Shown in pieces: positions 18,799 to 28,000 of a stretch of DNA of 64,000 nucleotides (the first letter of the stretch is position 1; the number at the start of each line of letters is the position of its first letter). The notes beneath the pieces were generated by a model that worked only from the letters and a program-made list of their open reading frames with translations, searched no databases and was not told where the DNA came from. A program made the position numbers and the translations under genes. Source of the stretch: a virus; the IMG/VR virus record IMGVR_UViG_3300033148_004740, positions 1 to 64,000 of that record; one strand, 5' to 3'.

Positions 18799-18943
18799 CT
18801 TCTTCTTCTCCTTCTTCCTCTTCTTCGCATTTACACTCATCTTTGGTGCAAGTGCATTCTGACTTTACCACCATTAGGGGCTCAGTGTCATCGTCTTTGA
18901 GGACACCAACTAGCTTTCCTTTTTGATCCTTGATTTTTAGCAT
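18782..18943 (-). CDS. Small Cys-rich, highly acidic protein (53 aa), not in the ORF track
   Basis: MLKIKDQKGKLVGVLKDDDTEPLMVVKSECTCTKDECKCEEEEEGEEEDADVD*; ATG overlaps the upstream TAA. Confidence 0.6.
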   Translation of the reverse strand: MLKIKDQKGKLVGVLKDDDTEPLMVVKSECTCTKDECKCEEEEEGEEEDADVD

Positions 18944-19656
18944 TAGAGTATACACCTCCTAAAATAGGGACATTTTTGGCACTTCTCAGTCCGAGACGGG
19001 TAAGCAATACCAGCTTCAATAGACTTAACTAGCTGTCTGATCACTGTCTCTGTCCGCTTAATACCCTCACGAGTTACCGTAAAGCGCTTTAGCTCAAATC
19101 CTCCACTTGATCCAATACATAGAGCATTCACAGCAACCTGGTGACAGTGTAGATGACTATCTAGTAACCAAGCTAACGTCCGTATCTCTAGGTTATTGTA
19201 CATCTTTCTTTCTGTCTCGTCGATAGCTCTCACTATACTAATAGACACAGGGTTTGTTAGGTGAACAACAGGGATCCATCCCTTTATGACGTACTGTCCT
19301 TGAAGCTCATACGATATATCCAGGTCGACATAGGCATCATCAGCCATATCCAGGTAGTAGGATTTATACCAACGCTGGAGAGACTTCAGGACATGTTCAG
19401 CAAGAAGCCTAGCCTCCTTAAATCTCTCCTCCTGGTCCACCTCAATGCCCGCGAACACTTTCTTGTCTACCCAACCTACTACTCGACGCCAATCGGCCTT
19501 CCAGCCTGTCTCAACGGCTTGTAAGCAGCATTTCTTAACGATATCTTCAACTATCCATTGTCGGACAGGAGCAGAGCTTCTCAGTGTATCAACACTAAAG
19601 CGGTAATATGCAGGGCACTCAGCGAATGCGCGGAGTTGTCTACTTGTTACTTGCAA
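18943..19656 (-). CDS. Cas4/RecB-like Fe-S nuclease homolog, catalytic motif degenerate
   Basis: N-terminal CPAYYRF and C-terminal CQKCPYFRRC (1+3 Cys staple); the expected G-x-I-D and D/E-x-K positions read GWIP and ISIVR. Confidence 0.65.
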   Translation of the reverse strand: MQVTSRQLRAFAECPAYYRFSVDTLRSSAPVRQWIVEDIVKKCCLQAVETGWKADWRRVVGWVDKKVFAGIEVDQEERFKEARLLAEHVLKSLQRWYKSYYLDMADDAYVDLDISYELQGQYVIKGWIPVVHLTNPVSISIVRAIDETERKMYNNLEIRTLAWLLDSHLHCHQVAVNALCIGSSGGFELKRFTVTREGIKRTETVIRQLVKSIEAGIAYPSRTEKCQKCPYFRRCIL

Positions 19657-20134
19657 TGGTAGTCTCTACTTCTACCTTTACAAACTGGACTTTCTTCTCC
19701 TCGACCAGCTTCTGAAGGGCTTTCTGCTCTGCAGTCAGGCGTTTTCTTCCACCACTCTTGACCTCAACGAAGTCAATCGTTCCCTCACGAGACTCAGTAG
19801 GTAGTTTGATACAGATAAAGTCAGCGATATTCCCTATCGGGATGATCCGATCATACTCTGCCCTCAACTTGAGCACACTAACGAGCTCACCAAGGACTCC
19901 CTTGTTCGCGTTCACTGACCCCTGTACAGACTGGAGTACCTTGCTAGGAATACGCTGTACCTCACGTACAAACGGAGCCATATCTACCTCTACATTGACT
20001 GGCTGAGGATGAACAATAACTGGGTCACGATAGAGTATTGGCTTAACTATTGCCCTATGGGCAAATATTCCTGCAAGCATAAAAAGGACAGCTGTAGAAA
20101 AGAGGGAAATAACGAGAACAAGGCTACTTATCAT
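19640..20134 (-). CDS. Membrane-anchored Holliday-junction-resolvase-like endonuclease (COG4741-like)
   Basis: N-terminal TM helix; KGVLGELV, IGNIADFI, IDFVEVKSG, LTAEQKALQKLVEEKKV. Confidence 0.72.
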   Translation of the reverse strand: MISSLVLVISLFSTAVLFMLAGIFAHRAIVKPILYRDPVIVHPQPVNVEVDMAPFVREVQRIPSKVLQSVQGSVNANKGVLGELVSVLKLRAEYDRIIPIGNIADFICIKLPTESREGTIDFVEVKSGGRKRLTAEQKALQKLVEEKKVQFVKVEVETTIASNK

Positions 20135-21117
20135 TAGAGCACCGACCCAACTAGGATACCAATAAAGGCCTCGTCCTTGAATCCCCATGTGACATGAGGA
20201 CCTACCCAGAGATCACTGATTAGAGGCAGGTTCTCGCCTAAATTGTACAACACAGGAGTGATACCTATTGCAGGTTCCTCTACGTAATCAAAGGACAGGC
20301 GCGGATACCTCCAAGAGAGGTCATTCTTGGTATGACCATAGCCCATGAAGGACATCCCAGCTGACCCACCCATGCTGAACTCAGCGGTAGTGTGTGCACC
20401 AGCTAGAAGTCCGATATCGATATGAGGAGCCCACCACCAGAAGCGTGGCGTCGTCTCATCTCTGACAATAAAGGTAAGCTCCTCGAACTCGAGTTGCTTC
20501 ACCTTCTTACCTTCCCTGTCAACGGCCCAGATCTGGGCGTAGTGGTTGATGCCGCCGTCTGGCAAACGGGACTCAACTATCTCTCCTGCTAGTGTAAGTG
20601 ACAGTTCATAGGTAATAGTCAATGGTAGGACACGGTCACCATATCGAGGCAGATAGCTACACTTGATTATGATCTCGTGATTCGCTATTCCTCCCTCAAA
20701 TTTGGCGACTGGACTCAGCACTTTCTTAGTTATAGCTTCGTACAGCCGGCCTGGAACAAAGTCAGAACACTCCAGGCCAAGCTCAATGGTCTCCCCTTCA
20801 TAGTAAACAATGTCTACCTTAGTCTTTTCCTTGTACAAAGAATTGTACCTAGCCTTCAGTTTTCCGTACATGGTAACGACAGCACGACGATCATCGATCT
20901 CCTCTTTGATATCGTCACGTAGCCCTGTGTTCTCAATCTCAATCTTCCCCAATCGAGTTTGTGCTCTCCCAAGCAAGAGATCAGCTTCCATATAGCTCTC
21001 TGTAAGAGCCTCGTTGCTTGTCTCAAGCGCACCATTCACCTGTGCAATCTTGACCAGTAGACCAAGACAGACAGCTAGAGCTACTCCAAGCAGAATACTA
21101 AGTACCATCGACTTCAT
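20134..21117 (-). CDS. Membrane-anchored coiled-coil protein with beta-rich C-terminus (spanin-like candidate)
   Basis: N-terminal hydrophobic helix (VLSILLGVALAVCLGLLV), heptad region, then alternating Gly/aromatic beta-strands. Confidence 0.5.
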   Translation of the reverse strand: MKSMVLSILLGVALAVCLGLLVKIAQVNGALETSNEALTESYMEADLLLGRAQTRLGKIEIENTGLRDDIKEEIDDRRAVVTMYGKLKARYNSLYKEKTKVDIVYYEGETIELGLECSDFVPGRLYEAITKKVLSPVAKFEGGIANHEIIIKCSYLPRYGDRVLPLTITYELSLTLAGEIVESRLPDGGINHYAQIWAVDREGKKVKQLEFEELTFIVRDETTPRFWWWAPHIDIGLLAGAHTTAEFSMGGSAGMSFMGYGHTKNDLSWRYPRLSFDYVEEPAIGITPVLYNLGENLPLISDLWVGPHVTWGFKDEAFIGILVGSVL

Positions 21118-21290
21118 GTGTGCCACCTTCCCCAGGTTCCATGTGTTGGATGCGGTGTCAGAAAAACTCTCTTGAGCTTCCCTGGCTTAGCTCCACACTT
21201 CTCACATGGCTCCTGTGTCGTTTCTTCGTCTAGTTTAACAATCTTTACCTGCTTTTGGCCACACTTTTGACACTCATATTCGTATTGCAT
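21114..21290 (-). CDS. FmdB-like zinc-ribbon protein (58 aa), not in the ORF track
   Basis: MQYEYECQKCG...PCEKCG...KLKRVF; its TGA overlaps the next ATG. Confidence 0.75.
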   Translation of the reverse strand: MQYEYECQKCGQKQVKIVKLDEETTQEPCEKCGAKPGKLKRVFLTPHPTHGTWGRWHT

Positions 21291-21298
21291 TTCTATCC

Positions 21299-21454
21299 CT
21301 AGTCCAATTTGAGTATATTTAGTGAGTTTAGCTCAGGGAAGTAATTCTCAGCAAAACACTCAAAATAGCCTTCAATCTCAAGAGGAGAGAGCCCGAGTTC
21401 TTCGAGCTCCCTCCGGTCTTGTTCCATTTCCAGCGAAATAAGTAGGTATTTCAT
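21299..21454 (-). CDS. Small acidic hypothetical protein (51 aa), not in the ORF track
   Basis: MKYLLISLEMEQDRRELEELGLSPLEIEGYFECFAENYFPELNSLNILKLD*; ATG overlaps the primase TAA. Confidence 0.55.
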   Translation of the reverse strand: MKYLLISLEMEQDRRELEELGLSPLEIEGYFECFAENYFPELNSLNILKLD

Positions 21455-24021
21455 TACTTTTTCTCGTCGAATTTAGCTCTCCACTCCCATGGTGGATCTA
21501 CGTTGAATCTTTCCTTGAAGATGTACATTGCACGTCCGATGGCGTGACCTCTTGGCAGTACTTCCTTCTCTACTATCTCTTCGTACTTCTCACGGAGGTC
21601 CTCGAGCTTCTCCTGCCTGTCCGACTGAATTTTACCTCCATCAGTCCAACAGAAGTCAGAGCTCTCTGGCCAGAAGTTGAAGTACAGACGGTTCTTGAAC
21701 GCAGTAATCTTGTTCTTACCTACATTGATCTCAATGATTGGTAGAGGGATAGGCACGCCATCACGCATCTCAATGTGAGTAACGCCTGCGTCTTCTCCCT
21801 GCTCATGAACCTCGTTGTACAAGTGACCGACGAAGTTAGCATCGTACTCAATCTGTCCAGACTCGGCGATGTCCTCATTACCAGCACGTTCGCCCTTCTT
21901 AATCTTCCGGTACTCTACTGTTGCCATGATCAGACAGTGGTTCTTAGTTGCCACGTTCTTGATCTTCTTAGACATGTTCTTGAACTGGACTCTTTCGTCC
22001 TGCTTAGCAGCATTCTGCTGGTCACTAGACTTATGGAAGTTGTCTAGCACGTAGACGATGTTACGATCTGGGTACTTCTTCTTGTAGTACCGAATGACCC
22101 TATCAGCATAGGATAGAGAGTTGCCGTTGTTAGCGTCCTTGATGATGAGGCGTCCACGACGCATGAGATCACGGATAACAGAGTAACCAGTCTCACGTCG
22201 CTCTAGTAACTGCTTCTGCCCAATCTCGTCAACGATGTTGTTCACGTGGTAGTTAGGGTCATTGACCTGATTTAACGTCAACTTCCTACTACCCTCTGCA
22301 ACAGCAACAAAACGAGGGATGATCTGCTCAGCTGTGTCATCGATAGAGTGATAGATAACCAGCGCATTGTTCTCTTCTCGAGAAGCGATCTCATAGGTCA
22401 GCTTACACATAAAGGAGGTCTTGCCTGCATTAGCCTTACCAGCGAAACAGAACCAAACATCCTTCTTCCACTCACCACAGAGAGCATCTTGCAATGTCTG
22501 TAGGTCAGGACCTAGGATATACCCTGAGAATGACCCATCTTTGGCCTCTTCATACTTCTTCTGAGTATCAAGCACAGCAATGCAAGAGTCCTCTGAGAAA
22601 CTGTCCTCGTCATACTGACGAGCAAGGTCAAATAGGTCTGTTTCTGCAGAATACATGGCCTCTTCAGCAGCAGAAGGATCACGCGTCAGAGCAGTCACCA
22701 TCCGGTCGATGATGTTCTTCCTGTCTCGAGCCTTCTCTGCCTCTCTGAGGTTCTGAAGACGAGAGAGCTCGGCTTGAACGGTAGCAATGGTGATACCGGT
22801 GGCCTTTGCAAGAATCTTGCACTGCTTCTCTTGCTCAATGTAGGAGGTCTCGTTCACGATGAGAGGGATCATCGCCTTACAGACCTCATCATCGTCTGCT
22901 TCAGGGTCAAAGTGAGAAAGTCTCCACTCGAACGCTGACCACTTCTTGAGACGCTTGAACTGAGCAGCTCCCTTCTCTTTGATGAAGTCATCTGGGTCCT
23001 GTTTTTCAGGAATATTGATGATGCGTACTGACAGGTCTTTGTGACCTGCAAGAACGGAGTCTAATAGAGCGGCTGTCCTAGTCTCTCCAGGACCATCTCC
23101 ATCAAGACAGAGGATGACATCATAGTATCCGAACTGCTTGAGCATCTGTACCTGTTCCAGAGTAAGAGCTGTTCCTCCAACTGCAACTGTGTTGTTGAGA
23201 CCGTTCTCAGCAGCTGTAAGTACGTCTGTCTGACCCTCAAAAATGTAGATGGTCTTGTCCTTCTTCTTGCGAGTAGCAAGCACTTGATCAAAACCAAACA
23301 AACGCTCTGATTTGCGGTAAATATTGCACTTCACACCAGTTGTCTTCTGGTTGTTGTACTTAGAGCCGTTGGTCTTGTCTCCGTTGAACTTCAGGTTCCT
23401 CGCAGCAAAGCCAACAGGACGACCATGCTCATCTCTGATGGTAAAAATTAGACTATCTTCACCGAAAAGACCACTGCGGTTGAGGTCTACGTCATCTTGG
23501 AAAGAGGCAGACCAACCTGCCTTCTTGAGTTGGTCGCGGAACGACTGATAAGTCTCTACGGCACCTACACCATAGCGAACACAGATCTCTTTGCTCCACT
23601 TTCTCTTCTTAATAGCCTTCTCAACGGCTGGGTTCTTGGCATGAGAAATGAGATCTGCTGCAGCCTTATACACTCTGTAGGTATCAAGCTCATAAAGCTG
23701 TTCTGGGGTCAGAGGGACAGTCTCGACGACTACTCCATACTTCTCTGCCAAGGGAATCAGGTTCTCATCAACAAAACCTGGTCCTGATAGAGGCTTGTTC
23801 TCTAGCATGTGAGCTGCATCGAAGATATCTCCTACTACACCACAACTAAAACAATGGAACTTGTCCTTACTTGGGACTATGCCACAAGAGGGGCTCTTGT
23901 CTTCGTGGTTAGGAGAGATGCAACGAAACGCTGCGCTAGTATCCATGCCTTTGTCTTCTAGATAGGAAGGCAAAAATGCCCGAAGTTGCTGAACAACCTC
24001 GTCATAGTTCTTAATGTTCAC
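21454..24021 (-). CDS. DnaG-type primase fused to DnaB-like SF4 helicase
   Basis: CHC2 zinc finger (CISPNH...HCFSCG), SKYNN, TOPRIM FEGQTD and LDGDGPG, helicase Walker A AGKANAGKTS, VLDNFH, SGQIEYDA, KNKI. AGGAG RBS, GTG start. Confidence 0.92.
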   Translation of the reverse strand: MNIKNYDEVVQQLRAFLPSYLEDKGMDTSAAFRCISPNHEDKSPSCGIVPSKDKFHCFSCGVVGDIFDAAHMLENKPLSGPGFVDENLIPLAEKYGVVVETVPLTPEQLYELDTYRVYKAAADLISHAKNPAVEKAIKKRKWSKEICVRYGVGAVETYQSFRDQLKKAGWSASFQDDVDLNRSGLFGEDSLIFTIRDEHGRPVGFAARNLKFNGDKTNGSKYNNQKTTGVKCNIYRKSERLFGFDQVLATRKKKDKTIYIFEGQTDVLTAAENGLNNTVAVGGTALTLEQVQMLKQFGYYDVILCLDGDGPGETRTAALLDSVLAGHKDLSVRIINIPEKQDPDDFIKEKGAAQFKRLKKWSAFEWRLSHFDPEADDDEVCKAMIPLIVNETSYIEQEKQCKILAKATGITIATVQAELSRLQNLREAEKARDRKNIIDRMVTALTRDPSAAEEAMYSAETDLFDLARQYDEDSFSEDSCIAVLDTQKKYEEAKDGSFSGYILGPDLQTLQDALCGEWKKDVWFCFAGKANAGKTSFMCKLTYEIASREENNALVIYHSIDDTAEQIIPRFVAVAEGSRKLTLNQVNDPNYHVNNIVDEIGQKQLLERRETGYSVIRDLMRRGRLIIKDANNGNSLSYADRVIRYYKKKYPDRNIVYVLDNFHKSSDQQNAAKQDERVQFKNMSKKIKNVATKNHCLIMATVEYRKIKKGERAGNEDIAESGQIEYDANFVGHLYNEVHEQGEDAGVTHIEMRDGVPIPLPIIEINVGKNKITAFKNRLYFNFWPESSDFCWTDGGKIQSDRQEKLEDLREKYEEIVEKEVLPRGHAIGRAMYIFKERFNVDPPWEWRAKFDEKK

Positions 24022-24034
24022 GAGAATCTCCTGC

Positions 24035-24934
24035 TTACACTAGCAACTGCTGAGAATTACCCCAGCAAACTTCTTTGAACTTGCAGTAACTACACTGCCA
24101 GTCACCAACGAGCTCATGCTTCTTTAGTTTCCCAGATTGCCACTTCTGGAACTTAGTCTCTGATATTTTCTTCTTTCCATAAAAATCTCTGATCTTAGCT
24201 TCAGGATAATTGAGCTCATAGTCAGGTGGTGGGACAGTCTTGCTCTCAACATGATTACGAAGAGTCTTGTACCTGTCGATAACATCACCCATGGTGAAGG
24301 AGCGAACAACCTCTCCATCTACCTTTGGAAACTTCACCTCTCCCTCTTTCTCAAACTCAATCTTGAACGTCTTGCGCTTGACTGAGTCTCGAGCAAAGTA
24401 GGCCATCCTGAAGAAGGGGAGCCGATCCTCAAAGTGGTTCAAATACACCAGGGTCTGGAGCAATTGAGGCATCTTCGGGAAGGCTTTGACCTTACGGTTA
24501 CCGAATAGTTGAGTCTCTGCAAAGTAGCCATAGAAGCTCTTGACCTCTACGCCATAGAGCTGACCAGTTGGAGGCTCAACAAGGATTGCGTCGAGCTCGC
24601 CGGAAATGTTGTTCTCTTTGTCGATGAACTTCACGCTATTGTCGACCCAAATGCCCATTTCTTTCCACTCTCTAATGAGCATCTCTTCAACACCGTCTCC
24701 CTGCTTAAAAATCCAACGAGAACGGGCCTCATACGGAGTCCCCTCGAACTCCCCTGAAATACGGAAGTAACTAGAACGCAAGCATCCCCCGTGGGACGTG
24801 AGATCGCCATGTTCGTCCCTAAATTGTACTGATGCTTCAGAGGGATAGAAGCGTCGCTCCCGCTCTGTCTGGAACCTGGGGCGAATGATGTGATCATCTG
24901 TCGCCTTCATCAGGTCGTAACTGTCATATGCCAT
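24035..24934 (-). CDS. Cas4-like PD-(D/E)xK exonuclease with Fe-S cluster
   Basis: GGCLR, ISGELDAIL, GVEVKS, QTLVY, WQCSYCKFKEVC. Confidence 0.8.
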   Translation of the reverse strand: MAYDSYDLMKATDDHIIRPRFQTERERRFYPSEASVQFRDEHGDLTSHGGCLRSSYFRISGEFEGTPYEARSRWIFKQGDGVEEMLIREWKEMGIWVDNSVKFIDKENNISGELDAILVEPPTGQLYGVEVKSFYGYFAETQLFGNRKVKAFPKMPQLLQTLVYLNHFEDRLPFFRMAYFARDSVKRKTFKIEFEKEGEVKFPKVDGEVVRSFTMGDVIDRYKTLRNHVESKTVPPPDYELNYPEAKIRDFYGKKKISETKFQKWQSGKLKKHELVGDWQCSYCKFKEVCWGNSQQLLV

Positions 24935-25036
24935 GAAATTCTCTTTCTGCCGCTCATACACTATACAGTTGGTCTCGAGTGAAGACAACAACAAACAGCT
25001 ATCGTTTTACCAATGATTACCAGTGAGCACTAGTTT

Positions 25037-28000
25037 TTATCCAGAGCTCACAGTGAGAACTCCACCATTTGACCATAGCTGCCCAGCGACAGCAGGGTCA
25101 GAGGTTGGGATTGTCGGTAGCATGATGGCTCCGTCACCAGTGATCTGCATATGAACACTGCTAACCCCAGAAGTAGCAAAATTGATATCTCCTGGTGTTC
25201 CTACACCAGTATAAAGATTCAGATCACCAGAAGCTCCACCGGTCGATGCCCCAGTGTAAACGTTAGTAGGGCCAGTGTCGTAGTTGCCAGCATGGGTGTT
25301 CGCGGCGCTACCAAAGTCCATCGTTCCAGTCGTGTTGTCGTATTCAACATCTTCGCCTTGAACTTTGATACCGCCGATCCCCTGCGTACCGATGCGACCG
25401 TCGCTGATGTAGAGGGTAGCTGCGTTGAGCAAGGCAACGTCGAAGACGCGCGCATTGCCATCCTCGGCGCGAAAGTAGGTGACCCCATTGTACGTTGAGT
25501 TGTCGAAAATGCATCCGTTGGTGCCCGCAGAGTCGACGATCAAGAGGTTGCCGTCAGTCCCCACGGGATCGCCGACAGTATACGGACCAATCGCAGTACC
25601 ACCAGCAAAGCTGATTACGCCCGAGACCGTGATGTTTTGCGACGCATCAATCGTGAGCGCATCCGTTCCATCCGTGCCGAGAATCAAGCTGCCCGCAGTG
25701 CCTCCCGCCGCACCAGTGTAGATGTTGATTTGTCCGGAGTCGCCCAAGATGTTTGTGGTCCCGGTGTACAAAGTGAGGGCGCCGCTATCGAAGTCGCCCA
25801 CGTTCGTCTGGTTTCCTGTGTGCAGCGTCATCCAACCACCCTGGTTGGTGCCGCCCTCGTTTGCGACGCTAATTGGTATGTTGTCGGTGCCTCCCGACGA
25901 ATTCATGCCCCCGCCCTCAATGAGGAACGTCCCGACGAAGGCGTTCGTCATTGCCATCGTGAGCGCTGTCCCGTCTTCCTGGGTCATCCAACAAATCCCA
26001 TTGGTAGTGTCGACATCGAATCGTATGCCCTGCCCAGCCGCGTTCATGATGCGGAAGAATCCGTCGGCGCTGTCATCAATCAGCGTGCCGTTCTCTAGCT
26101 CGATGGCGTCAGTCATCGCGACCGAGCCGTCGCTCTCGAAGTCGCCACCCCCACCTCCAGTAAGGTTGGTCTCTACACCATCGTGTGCCTTATAGTACAG
26201 AGCTCCGTCAGTCTTAGCGTAGAGTGCACCATACCCGGCATCGATGCCCGAAACCTCATAGGCTAGTTCCTTAGTTGTTATTTGATCAACCTCAAGGCCA
26301 GATATAGTTAGAGATCCGGCAGTTACTTCAGCTAGACCGATACCATCTGCAGCAAGCATACTTATCTCAGTAGATGATGTCCCTCTCAGGACAAATCCTG
26401 CAGCGAAATCTGTATCATAAATGCCGAGCGTGCAAGACTGAACACTTGTTGTGAGATATGAGTAGTCCCCTAGATTAATAATAGGGAAGATTCCAAAATA
26501 ATTCCTTCCCACATTGAAAATACCGCTAACGGTTACTGACTCTGCCCCATTAACTGTAGAGAGCTTAAGTAATCCTGGATTGTCAGTAGAATCAAAACTC
26601 AGAGCTTCAGCTTCGTTGTCTTTCAGGTCCCAATCAATCCCGCCAGCCAGTGTCGAGTCAATGTCACCGCCGACAATTCGAATAGCGTAATTAGTCGGAG
26701 CACTGGCTGCCCATGCTACAACACCAACGTTTGTTCCAGTTGTCCGAGCAGCAGCCGCAGCAAAATAACCACCCGCAGCAACACCAGCACTAGGATCTTC
26801 TGCCATCCCATAACCAACAACACCATACCCATTTCGGCCAACATCAGTCTCACAGACACCAAGTAATCCTGCCCCCAAACGAGTGTTCGAATCACTGGCT
26901 TTTGCTTCACCGACTAAACCAGCATTCCAGCCATCCATAATAGTCGCTAAATGAGCATCGTCCTGACTAAAGATAGCCCGCGCGTAGGGATAATCTAATC
27001 CAGAAGCAGTTGCTCCAACTCGAACCTGCTCTGCGTCATTGGTGGTGTCGAGGACGAGGAGACCAAGGTGATCAGTGGTATCGAAACTCAGTGCGGCAGC
27101 TTGGTTGTCTGCAAGGTCCCAATCGATAGCATTTGTGTTGCCGCTCTTGATGTCCCCAGTAGGAAGCTTGAGAGCGTAGTTGTTGATGGAGCTGCCAGCA
27201 GCCTGCCCCACCAATCCAATGTTCTCGCCGCCAATGTGCGCGTGTGACGATATGCCCGCAACGCCAATGGCAGTGCCGGTATCTCCCGTAGCTGTCGGTG
27301 CTGCATCTCCTCGAATAGCATAGGCGCCATTTGCTCCATCCGTTTTCGCCCATCCAGCAATAGCGATACCACTGGCAACGCCGTCAGAAGCCACAGCCTC
27401 AGCAGCGATACCGATGTTGTAGGCTTGCGTCGGCGGCGGTGTCCCGGCGTCTGCCTGGGAGATGATAGCCCGTGCCAGTGGGAAGTCAGCACTTGCTGCG
27501 TTCGCGCCAATGAGCCACTGGTTGTCAGTCTTGGCATGGACATCCCCAGCAAAAATTTTGATGGCATAATTGTTTGCGCCGCCGGTTGCTGTAACACCCA
27601 GTCCAATGTTATCGCCACCAGCATGAACGGCTTGTGCAGACCCAAGTAAACCAAACGATGAAGATGCGTCAGCAGAATTCTCTACACGTCCAGCACCATA
27701 GACACCGTAGGCTCCATAATCGATCGTCGCACCTGATCGCGTACTGCCTACACCTAGAACACCGATACCAGACCTTAGATCAACTGCTTCGTTTGCTTCA
27801 CCTACGATTCCTTGACTTTGAAAACCTAAATCAGCAAACCCACTGTCCCCCTGGCTCACAATCATCCGAGCATTTGGATAATCTACTCCAGAGGCAGTCT
27901 CACCAATCCGAACCATTTCTGCATCATCGGTAGTATCTAGTGCAAACAGAACAGGTCCATCGAGACCGGCCTTGAACTCTAGTGCAGCTTCCTCATTGTC

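Noticed and set aside
18943-24934. CRISPR-Cas adaptation module from the two Cas4-like genes
   Set aside because: No cas1/cas2, effector or array; solo Cas4-like nucleases are common in phages.
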